DNA of 31,097 nucleotides from Macrostomum lignano (lineage: Eukaryota). The notes under the pieces were generated by a model. It was given only the letters and a program-made list of their open reading frames with translations. It searched no databases and had not been told where the DNA came from. The translations under genes and the position numbers were made by a program. The stretch spans positions 441,660 to 472,756 of the forward strand of contig NIVC01000639.1 in NCBI GenBank assembly GCA_002269645.1. Reading direction: 5' to 3'. Positions 10,836-21,800 of the stretch are shown here, piece by piece (position 1 is the first letter of the stretch; the number at the start of each line of letters is the position of its first letter).

Positions 10836-12109
10836 TATGACGATTAGAGCAGACTCAGTCCCGGGAAAATTGTGTAGCGGTAGCACTCAGACTTAAACGC
10901 AGTCAATGTACTCGTAATTGTTAGGTTATGGCCGATGGCGGCAATTTATTACGGTCAGATTGACCCGCTCGCTATAGGTTTTTGTCGGCAATATAAGAGT
11001 GGGACTGGGCCTGGATTGACCCGCTCGCTATAGGTTTCTGTCGGCAATATAAGAGTGGGACTGGGCCTGGATTGACCCGCTCGCTATAGGTTTCTGTCGG
11101 CAATATAAGAGTGGGACTGGGCCTGGATTGACCCGCTCGCTATAGGTTTCTGTCGGCAATATAAGAGTGGGACTGGGCCTGGATTGACCCGCTCGCTATA
11201 GGTTTCTGTCGGCAATATAAGAGTGGGACTGGGCCTGGATTGACCCGCTCGCTATAGGTTTCTGTCGGCAATATAAGAGTGGGACTGGGCCTGGATTGAC
11301 CCGCTCGCTATAGGTTTTTGTCGGCAATATAAGAGTGGGACTGGGCCTGGATTGACCCGCTCGCTATAGGTTTCTGTCGGCAATATAAGAGTGGGACTGG
11401 GCCTGGATTGACCCGCTCGCTATAGGTTTTTGTCGGCAATATAAGAGTGGGACTGGGCCTGGATTGACCCGCTCGCTATAGGTTTTTTATCTGGGCCTGG
11501 ATTGACCCGCTCGCTATAAATATAAGAGTGGGACTGGGCCTGGATTTCGGTGCTATAAGAGTGGGACTGGGCCTGGTTTGCTATGGTACTCTGGGCACTG
11601 CGGCAGGCAACAAAAATGGCGATGGATAGCTAAAGGGCTACGTCGATGAAGTGGCGACGGTGAAGGCGTGGCGTGATTCCCACTCGGGACAGTGGCGTGG
11701 CTCAAGTTTGGCAGAGTGGACTTGCCCGAGCAAACTTAGCAGTGGTAGAGAGAGAGAGAGCGCGCGGGCCGGAAAACAAGAAGGAAAAGAAACTAACCCC
11801 GGGTGCCCCATCCAGACAGGACTGATAACGAGCGGGCTGGGGGTGGGTGCACGACAAAAGCTTAATTTCAGGCTAGCATAATATGTGCACGGCTTTCCTA
11901 TTGGCCGGCGCGAAAAGCAACTTAAAAACAGAAATTATCGATCGCATTGTACATAGGTTTTACGAATGTCACGCAATGTTGTTAAAATTCCTTGGGCATT
12001 ACTATAAGCAGACGTTAGAGTACGAGACCATCAAATTAACAATATATAGAATGGCACTGCTTTCGCTAAAACGGCCCTTGTCGGGGCCACCTCAACTGAC
12101 AACGTCACA
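10836..12109 (-). mobile_element. Solo LTR of the same family as 9077-9772, inverted, expanded to 1274 bp by an internal tandem array
   Basis: The minus-strand 5' end TGTGACGTTGTCAGTT is identical to 9077-9092. A ~70-nt core (11874-11945) matches 9253-9323. TGTAGCGGTAGCAC (10873-10886) is the reverse complement of 9697-9710. The far end is TATGACG (one mismatch from TGTGACG). G-run TSD GGGG(G) on both sides. AATAAA on the minus strand at ~10945. Confidence 0.85.
10958..11575. repeat. 56-bp tandem array: 9 full near-identical units plus 3 truncated units
   Basis: Unit GATTGACCCGCTCGCTATAGGTTT(C/T)TGTCGGCAATATAAGAGTGGGACTGGGCCTG starts at 10958, 11014, 11070 ... 11406. The only variant is C/T (T in units 1, 7 and 9). 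Partial units start at 11462, 11500 and 11543. No spacers. Confidence 0.98.
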
Positions 12110-13060
12110 GGGGGCACTATAGATTGCTAGCATGACTAGCATGACTATTTTCTACTGAATGATGGAAAAACTGGTGCCAGTGAATTTAAAATTAATAAAA
12201 ATGATGCGAAGTTACAGAAAATCAGCTGCCTGATGACAATTTTAATGGACAATGAGTCATGACTAGATAGTAATCATAGTTTGCCGTCCTTCTATTTGAG
12301 TAGTCCTTGATCAGACATATAGAAATCTGAAAGTTTGCTAGAAATAAAAGTATTGCTGCTCGCAGCTTGCGAACCCTGTTATCGACCCGTCGACAGACAT
12401 CAATGGCAAATTGGGCCCTTTTTAAACTGCGCCGTTTTATTTTGACTTGTATTGCACATTTCCATTCTTTTAGTGTCCAATACTATCCACTAACGTCGTT
12501 TCAATTTAAAAGCACACATTTGCCATCGATGTCGCAAGACGACTTCGGAATATTTTTCGGAATGTAGTCGATCGACACTGCATGTAAGCACTGTATAGTG
12601 TACATGTACAACTTAATATTCACACTAACGCGTTTTAAATGACATCTACACAAACTTCATTTCATTTTCAAATGCATGTAATAAATTAAACGTAAAAAAG
12701 TCTTCTAAAAATATGCCTAATGTATTATCCAACTTGGCATCCCGTGTTTCTGTCAAGTTCGGGCCGACCCCTGTTTTGCCACTGGGCTGCCTATTCCTAT
12801 TGGAACTCAGCGTTTCATCAAGAGAATGGAGAGGGTGTAGTGCGATCCTTCAGCACAGGTACAGATGCATGTAGATGTCCATAGCCTTAAAAATAGGCTA
12901 TATCTACAGTGTTCTGTCCAATGAGACACTTGCCAGCTTAAACAGTCAGTGTGTCATTGATGATTGCAACAACAAAACAACAATCTATATTCGCATAAAG
13001 CGACCTACCTAAGGGTAGAGCCTCCTAGCAAATTCTAAAGCTAAAACAGCATATATTACA

Positions 13061-14363
13061 ATGATAGTTAGTGTAATATCGCTACTGTTCTTGTGCTACC
13101 CAGCTGTAGCATGCGAGCAATGCTCTGCCGTGTATGAGCTTCTGACCAACACCTGTCCGATGAGTGCTCTGTCTGGCCTGAAGCCCGCGACCGCTGCCGT
13201 CGAGTTTGAGTGCATGCGGAACTGCACTCTGAATAGCTGGTGCCGACTGTCTGTGTACCTGACAGACAGTGGTGCCTGCTACAGCCTGCCCAACGTGACT
13301 TTAGTGACTGGCAGCTGCGGCCTGGTGCGAAGGAAACTGGCCATCGTTACCGGTAAGCTTTTAGCATAGCTGTTGGTGCGGTCAGATTTGTCTCGCTTGC
13401 ACAGGTCACAGATGTGAACTATCATCATTTCACAGGCACATTAACGTCTGCAACTGCCTCAACAATCGGATCAACTGGTTCCACGACCAGCCCGACCAGC
13501 GCAACTGGGACTCAATCTCCAGTCACTGTAGCATCGACCACAATGATACAGAGTGTCACCACGGCTGCCATTTCGTCCGGATTGTCGAACCTGAGCTTCG
13601 CGTCAAGCGTACTGCTTTGGTACAATTTTCGAAAGGGCTTCATGAACCTGGCGAACCGTGGCCATTTTGATGCCTCCCCTGTCGGTGTTGCCGATCAGGA
13701 TGCACTCAAAGGAGTTCACCTTAACGGCTCGTCTGGCTCTTATCTCGAGGTTCATTCCACCAACTTTTTCAAGAACTTTAAATCAGGGAAAAGCTTCAGC
13801 TTCTTTTTTCAAGGGACTTTCGCTGGCAACGCGTCGTGAGTTTTCAGCAGATTCAATTTTAAAATATTCAGGATTTTTAACGCGTTATTAATCATTATTA
13901 ACCACACAGCGGTTGCATACATTGCAGGCTTCGATGCATCAGTTCGTTCAGCAGCTGCTCGTACAACACCACCGTCAGCCACTTCAGCACTGACATCGCT
14001 GCCAGGATTTACTCCAAGACCTACTTTTCCGACGGCTCCGATGAATTCACGTATGTGCTTGCAAAAGCAGCTCTTCCGAACAACGGTACTCAGCAAAGCT
14101 ACTCTGCTGGGCTGGCCTTGATTGGTGGGGACAAGAAGTACCTGGATAAATGGTACATTAACGGAAGTTTCTACGACACGGAATCACCAAACAATGTCGG
14201 CGGCAGCCCGGCCGCCAACCAAACCTTTGACTGTCTGCGCATCGGCAACTGCTTCAGCGCCGGCCCTCGGCCCTACAACGGCTGGCTGCAGTGCTGGGGG
14301 TTCGTCAACGGCACTCTCAGTCTTCCCGAGTTTGACAGCCTTCGTCACTTGTGCAACTCTTAG
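13061..14363 (+). CDS. Secreted PAN/Apple - Ser/Thr-rich linker - LamG/ConA-like glycoprotein, copy B (intact, 389 aa)
   Basis: join(13061-13352,13412-13835,13910-14363) = 1170 nt, GT-AG introns, open to TAG. Signal peptide MIVSVISLLFLCYPAVA. PAN-type Cys spacing ECMRNCTLNSWC..GACY. Thr/Ser tract. LamG-like motifs LLWYNF, GVHLNGSSGSYLEV and LRIGNC..PYNGWLQCWGFVNGTLSLPEF. Several N-x-S/T sequons; no TM segment. An alternative exon 3 acceptor 18 nt downstream keeps the frame. Confidence 0.85.
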
Positions 14364-15905
14364 ACTTCGCGTTCTGGATCTACAGCGTAGTCAGAATGAC
14401 CAAAACTTTGAAAGAATAGCCAGAACGTGTATCCCTAGTAAAGCACAGAATTGTCAACAGGCGTCAAAAACGTCTTGAAAATGTAAATCAATGAGTGGAT
14501 CCAACTAACTAAGAGATAATAACTTGGCATTTGCTAGGATACGAGCTAAAAACTCACGAAAGTGCAGAGTAACATGTGATGTGGCAAGTTTTGATGCCGA
14601 TTACGCTGTTTGTATCTCTTACAACTGCCTAGCTGTTTATCCTAGCATTGTCATTTTCTATTTTTTTATTTTCTTTTTATCTGCGCTCGTATCTGCAGTT
14701 TTCATTGTTTGCTGAGAATTAAAGAAAGCTTGAAAAAAGTTTGTCCCTCCCCAATATCGATTTCAAAGACTGTTTGCTGCAGTAATTACGGTACAGGCCT
14801 TTGTTTTCCTTTGCGTATGTCAGTCCGGCTCTACTCTGCTTGTTTGCTTCTGCTTCTGTTCATCCTTAAGGATACTGACGGGGCTCTAATGTCTGTCGAT
14901 GGGTCCTGGAAAAACTTTCCCCAGTCAAAGTATCAGAAGTCCGTTAAACACACCAGAAACTAGGGTTTTTGGATATTGAATCCGACATTCACAAAACCGA
15001 AGCAGCTATGAGAGCTGTTTCAGCTGATCAAAGACTGCTTGAGCAAAGTTTGTTTTCAAACTGTCTTTAGTAGTTGATTTGGTACTATTCGATGTTATAC
15101 CAGCGACCAGGTCAGCTGATGAGTCATCCAACCCCGACTTGTTCATTTATTAATAACACCAGTCTATATTTTCAAAACTTCGCATTCTGTCCTTTTGTTA
15201 TATTTCTATTCCGCAATCGTTTTGATTTTCCACCTGTTTTTACGCGCAGCGCGATACTAAAATGCGACACATGTCAACTTTATATTCTGTCATTGGATAA
15301 TTTTTTGTCGCGAGCCCAGAATTTTATCTGATCCTGATTTACAGACTTCTAAGCAGGACCTTGATGACATTTTTACTAAGCTTAAACGTTTTCCTCCTTA
15401 CAAACCATTTATTCTATTAGCTTCAAATCTGCTTACTTTTCTCAATTTCTTTACGATACGTCCAATGATGAAGTTTTTGACCCACTTGGCTCGTATTTTG
15501 TCTCTCTCTCACTGAGTAGCAAAATCTTCTCATTTTTTATCGATCTATCTCGTACGCGAAATTAACCAAAATATCTGTTGCTAAGAGTAGCGAACTCCTT
15601 ATATGGATATAAAAATGCGTAATTACCGGTCTTTTTGCGTTCATATCTTTAGCGAACTACGAGTATCCTTTTAAATCTTTGTAAACCTAGTTCTGTAGCC
15701 CAGTCAATTCTGTCGGCTTCTTGATGTCAAAGTTGTGAAAACTAGATAGAGAATATTATAATCTCTAAATAAGAATAAGACAAGAATAAAAATAAGATCT
15801 AAAAGCAATTAGAATATTTATTCAATTTATTCATACGTGACTTCTTCAGGTGCTACATATATTGCGACTTACAAACACTATCCTGTAAAACAACCAAAGC
15901 AGAAA

Positions 15906-16100
15906 GTGCAGAACAAAGTTTCTGTCGTTGGTTGCATATCGGACTGCTTCTCAACAGAGCCATCGAGTGAAATTTTACTTCACAAGTTTCCTACTGATGA
16001 GGAACTACTGGCCGAAGGATGCAGAATCAATCCTGTGGATCTTCATTTCAATCCGACGCAAGTTTATGGGCGCGCTTTCTGCACTTCATCCCAGCGAGCT
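15906..16100 (+). pseudogene. THAP zinc-finger relic (copy B)
   Basis: VQNKVSVVGCISDC..ILLHKFPTDEELL..RAFCT resembles the THAP pattern (MVxxCxVxGC..HxFPxDxxxxxxW..CSxHF), with the first Cys, the Trp and the HF lost. Confidence 0.5.
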
Positions 16101-18837
16101 TATCACAGACCATTAAGATTAGACTGTGAGCTATCGAGCTCTTAGCTATAAATGAATTTACTTTGTGGCTGTGTCTATGGTTACAAACTCGTTCCATTTG
16201 ATACAGACCACGACATCGAGAAGCATAAGCTATGCTCGTATGCGGTGTAAAATAAAAGGTTCCAAACACCTCGCTTATAGAGCGAGCAAACGTTATAGAA
16301 AGTAGCAAGCCAAGGGCTGCTCATAAAAGTTGTCTTTGAATTTGTTATCATTCTTCGGCCAAAACTTAACAAAGACGGCAATCCTCGCTCGAAAATGACA
16401 CAGTTTAAACACATTCGCACGCTGTTACCATGCCATTCACCAAAGCAACCACCGATTTTAAGATCAGATGGGACACAGATGAAACAAAGTCGCTATCATT
16501 GAATTGAAGAATGAAAGGTAAAACAGGACGACTTAGAAGGATACGTAAAGAAGCATAATCGATGGTTAAGCCTAGCACGTCCGGCGACCTTTTGCGCCTT
16601 CGGCGAATCCAGCTTGCAGGTGGCAACATCATCCGAACCCAGTTTTTCTGCTGTTGACGCTGGAACCCCGGAATTTTCCGGCGAACCGGCCCCAAAGTTG
16701 CTGTTGCTGTTGCTATGTCATCTTCGAATCCAATGTGCAGAATGAAATTTAAGCATTGGGGAAAAACTCTAGCAAAGCAACGGACTCCCGTACAAGGCAG
16801 TCCCGTAGCCTGCAGTCGCAGGACGGAGAATGTCGGATGTCCTGCACCAGCTAGGGGTTGATCTGCAGTGGCGCAGCAGCTCACTGCTATGATTTTTTTT
16901 CCCGACAACAGAGTGAATTGTGGTACGAGCTCGTAGTGAAACCTCAGCCCGAATGCGGGTAAACTTTTTGCTTCATTTTTCTTGGTTCATTTATCGATCG
17001 CTGTGGCCCGGAAAAAATAGCGGGAAACTTCGACAAATGAATCCCATCCTAGGAGCAAATGCTAGTCGCAATGGAGGCCTCAGTGCTGGCAATACGAGTG
17101 GTGAGGCAAGTAGACAGAGGGGTCGGACTGGTTCTGCCATCCGGTCGCTCCGGTTGGTGAATCGGATGTCTACCATAAAAACTCCCGCTGCAATCCTGTG
17201 GAAAATGCCTCACCAAAGCTTTTGCTTCCGTTGGCAGGTATTTTTAGTCGCGCTTTGAAAAAACTTTGCTTAAATTTTACACGCATTTGATGTTTTTCAC
17301 AAAGAAATTTTGTCACAGCACGGTTGTCTCTCTCTACCTTTTGCACAAACAGTGCTTGAATGAGACTGAAAATTTTCACAAAAGTCTTCAGAGTTACCGC
17401 AACAGCTCCGGACCAAACCGACTTCAAAACGGAAAACTTGTCGAGATTAACGGACTAAAAAGGCTTATACTACAAATTCCTTCTTTGGAATGCCACTAGA
17501 TAACGGAGTTATCTGGCTTTGTTAAATGAAATCCAGACAACGTAGTTCTCAATTTATAACATTAATCAATCTGCTCAGAAACCTCGCACTCTCGTCATCT
17601 CGTCATGATTCGTTGCTATCTACAGCCAACATCATACACGTCGTTAAAATACCAGCATGACTCAGGTAGTAGTGATACAGGGCATGTACAATTGTATTCA
17701 ATATATATCAATAGCGCTTGTCCTCGCTTCAGGAGCAGCGAAATACATACCGGCTTTGGGATGATGTACATGTAACAAAGGCTCCTACGCTAGGAATCAC
17801 AATGCAATGGTCGGGGGCCACCATGGTCTTAGTGTCCCCGGTGTACCCGGTACATTCGGATCGCTGCGAGGTACCATCTAGGCCTCCATAAGGTAAGTCT
17901 GGGCCTAATCAAAAGTCTGATCAAATCATTTTGATGGAACTGTGCGAACCCAAAGAGAGATGCCATTGGCAGACAAGCATGTGTTCGAATTTTTAGCTCA
18001 ACTGACCTTGCATGGGTATCAATATGAAGCGCCTAGAGGCTGCATTGCAATTAGATTTCACGAGTCTTCATTTTTTAAATAGTGTAGAAGATCTTAAATG
18101 CAGTAAGTGAATTAGCTACTATATGTCACTTATAAGGTTAAGGTGCAAATCAAAACATTTGCCTCAAATTTTCTGATTAATGAAGGCATTTTCCCAGTAT
18201 AAGATTCAGTTCTGTAGGTGTCTTTCTGAATCACCTACGTATTTTTAATCGTTGAGAAACTCATGGCCCAGCCGTTTGGTACTTTGTAAAAGCGACGAGT
18301 TTGAAAACAAGAAGATCGAAATTTTTTCACCGGAAGTGACCGGGACTTCGTTTGCTTTCTATTGAAATTAAAATATCTCAATTGATCAACGATGGCACTG
18401 CATAACACTGCTCCAGGCCGCACAAGCAGGCAGAGGTGCACCCTCTCGGGTCAAACAGGCTCCATTGTCCCCCTGACTTTTCATGAGAAACCAAGCACGG
18501 CACGGAGGAAGCTGAGTAAGACGAGCGCATTGCTGCTCGGCAAAGCAGAAACTCCGAGGAGAGCAAAAAAGAAGACGTGTGGACAGGCACACTTTGGACT
18601 GGGGGTTCGGGGTGCTTTTCTCTTGCTTTCTCAGTCAAAAAAGAAGTTGAGGCTGCCTGTTTTGCTGGCGCTCAGCTCCACGCCTGTCACAAATAGCCTC
18701 GCAACCCCACCCAGTGCTCTATCTTTCTTCTCTCTTCTAGAAGCAGACCACTTCTGCAATGAGAACTATAAATATTTCTTTTCTAGACTCCAGTAGTAAT
18801 TAATTTGCGCACTGTATTTCTTTTCTTCCTTCTACAG

Positions 18838-21800
18838 GGCATCGGCTGGATTTGCTGCACAATTTCGGCTTCTAAGCTGCCAGCTGCTCGAAATTTCGTC
18901 GGCTTGCCCGAATTCTGAAGCAAAATCTGGCATGGCTCTGCGGCTCTGCGCCCAGTCGGCCAACTCCGAATGGCAGCTGCTTAACCAGTTATCGGTGAGT
19001 GGCTGAATGCTTCTAGGAAAGCTAATTTATGTAAAGACTGCCTCAGCATCTCTGTTGACACCATCTTTACTCCCTGGCCTCTTTCTCTTCCGGGCTCAGA
19101 ATAAAAGTTGTCAGGCTTACAGACCATTGAAAGTTAGCTACAGCCCTAGTAGGCGCAGCCAAACCGCTTGAGTTTCAACTGAAACTACATGCATACTACC
19201 AAATTTTAACTTGCTGCGATTGCAAGCGGTCGCTGCGATGTTTCTTCCACGGAATTCACGGAAATTTTTTGTATGCGTCAAACACATTCGTCCTTACAGA
19301 ACGCAGTCCAAGGCTCAGAGGACGCGGTGCTGGAGTCCGTGACGCACGGCAGCCCCAGCTCTTCTGGTTGGATGCCCCAGTTGGAGCCGTCTAGTAGCGC
19401 AATGTCCGATCACGTAAGTTTGACAAAATTTTGAGAACCACTTAGCTAATTGAGTATCCGGAGAAATGTCTAAAAAACGAAAACACAGAATCTTCGTCAT
19501 GCAAATGGTCGCAAAATTTAGCTTAAGTTAAGGCATAGTTTTGAACAAATTTCATGCTACTTGCGAGACCCTCTGTAACCAAACCCCAAACCCGACGCCT
19601 CGATCGCGCAGTCCAGTCCGGCTGATCGCCTTCAGCAGTTCTGGCTGGAGGCCGGCAGCCTTGCTACCTGCCTGCAGCTGCAGCTGGAGCAGCAGAAATC
19701 CTACCACCTGGTGAGTGACATTGGCTATACTAAGCTCTCACGTGAGCTGTATGTAATTGCTACCTATGGCTAATCTGGCTGTCATCACCACCTGTCCAAC
19801 CTGGCAGTTCTACCAAACCCTGGCTCACTACGAGGCCAGCCTGGAGGCAGAGTTCGACCAGGCCAGGGAGCGGCTGCAGCGACTGGAGGGTCACAAGGAG
19901 GACGCCAGCGCCATACTTGATTGCACTCAGGTGCGAGTCCTAATAATTGGTTGTTCTCGTATTTCGTGTAAAAAAACTCTATCACGCCATTATGCATTTC
20001 GTACTTAGGAATTTTGATCCTTGCGAAGTCGAAATCAGCTAATAAGCTCCTGTTGATCACTTCCCACAGAACCTGCTCACCACCTCCATACTCTGGTGGC
20101 GCCGAGTGGACTCAATAATGGCGCAGAGTCGCCGCTGCCCCCCACTGTCAGCCCGTCTGGAACCGATTGAATTCAAACGACCGGCTCAGCTTCTTGTGGA
20201 CTTTGCTGCGCCAGAGGTAAGATTAAAAACAGATTTCTTTTAGCATTGGATTGCAAATCACAATACGGTAACTCTCATAGTGATTTTTGGCACCAATTCC
20301 AATCTCTGAGGATTTAAAGAGGCCTGAAACTATGCCATAGACTTGCATTAAATAAGAAACAGCAAGTGTTGCGCTTTAAAGTACACGTACTTGAATGGCG
20401 CACGTATTAGTATGGTACGAGCTACGAGTATGATGTAGTTAGTTAGATAAGTACAAGACAAGATATTGGGGTTGATTGCGCTCGTTGCGCCATCAATATC
20501 ATCTTATATTTGGCTTATAAATTTCGACTTTATGTGAAATTTAGAATAAAAATAGCATTGCAAAAATCATCCGGAAAGACTCGCTCCAGTAGTAAATGGT
20601 GATTGTCAAACCCAGCCGATTAGAACTTGATTGGAAAGTGACCGTTTTTAAGAGTTTCATTCTTCATAACACACGAATAGTGGAGATCAGAGCAAGGAGA
20701 GACTCGGAAATCAAACGAACCTTTTAATGAATTGTAAGAATTCAAAGCTTTTTAGAAGTTATAAATGTTTATTCACCTTCTAATTTCGATGCTTTAACCT
20801 TCGTTCCCATTCTACGTTTTTACTCTGTGCAAAAATTCAAACTTTATTTGTCTTCTTCCAAGGGAGCCTTATTGATTTTGATTGCACTTTGTTAAATTGA
20901 TTTTTCGAGCTTAGATTTTAAGCAAAGGCTGAAAGGATGAAAGAAGGATGAAAGTGCTCAGGCTGATGACGCAGTGGTCACTTGTTGCTGTTCTTGTTGG
21001 TGTAGAAGTACGGCTGCTCAGGGCTCAGGCACTCGATCGGCTCGCCGATGTGCCAGTCCGTCCGCTTGGCCCCGACCGGCTCGATCATGTTGTTCCAGAG
21101 GGCCTGGGCCGCGCGGGCGTTGCCCAGCCCGCTGAGGTGGAAGCAGTCCGGGGCGAAGTAGGCCAGGTCCGGCTTGCCGCACCTGTTCCTGCATTGCGGA
21201 GTCCAGTAGTACGATTATGTGGTTGTCTTTTAACGAGGTTTTGAAGCCTGCTGCGCTACTGAGTCACCAACGTGGTATTAAATCTCCACGCTGGAATCTC
21301 GTCCGTCCAAGCGACCAGCTGTTGCACTGGCGTTGCAAGCACCTTACTGGTGAGGACAGGGACGCATTTGGCGTTTCTGTTCGAGCGTTGCGACTTATCT
21401 TATTCTTCTTAGACTTTTCTAATAGTATGCTTTGTTTTTTCTATTTTGACGAGTAGATCGTCTATTGAACGGACGTGAACAACGGTACTTCATCGGTTAA
21501 ATCGCTTGATTTGTAGTACAAACAAATAAACAGTGTTTTCAAACATAGCTTTTGGAAACTATTTAGGGAAATTTTAGCTATTGTACGAACGGACGAAAAA
21601 GGAGTGGTAAGAAAACTCACTTAGGCAGAACAGTTTTCTCCAAGAAAGGCTGCAGCACCACTGTGAAGTCATCCCTGGTGTCGTACACACCGGAGTTCAC
21701 CAGCGCAGACAAGTTGCCCTGGTACTCAAGAACGATCTGACGCAGCTCTTCCGTTGGCTGTTTGAAGGCGCCGCAGCGGCACTCGAAGTAGTGCAGCACC

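Larger units (their letters stand above)
10690..12130 (+). mobile_element. Non-autonomous Helitron-like 3' region, interrupted by the solo LTR 10836-12109
   Basis: 10690-10835 joined to 12110-12130 matches the reverse complement of 25716-25870 (TCTTTGTCCGTGACAATTTTACTC...CTTGCTTATT..GCGCC.GAAGGGGG|GGCACTA..GATTGCTAG). A GC hairpin followed by ~9-11 nt and CTAG is the canonical Helitron 3' signature. Confidence 0.55.
12907..16466 (+). repeat. Segmental duplication copy B (paralogue of 2301-5683)
   Basis: Same collinear anchors as copy A, offset by about 10.6-10.8 kb. Confidence 0.92.

Noticed and set aside
10958-11575. CRISPR-like regular repeat array
   Set aside because: Units are head-to-tail with no unique spacers, there are no cas genes, and the array sits inside a eukaryotic LTR.
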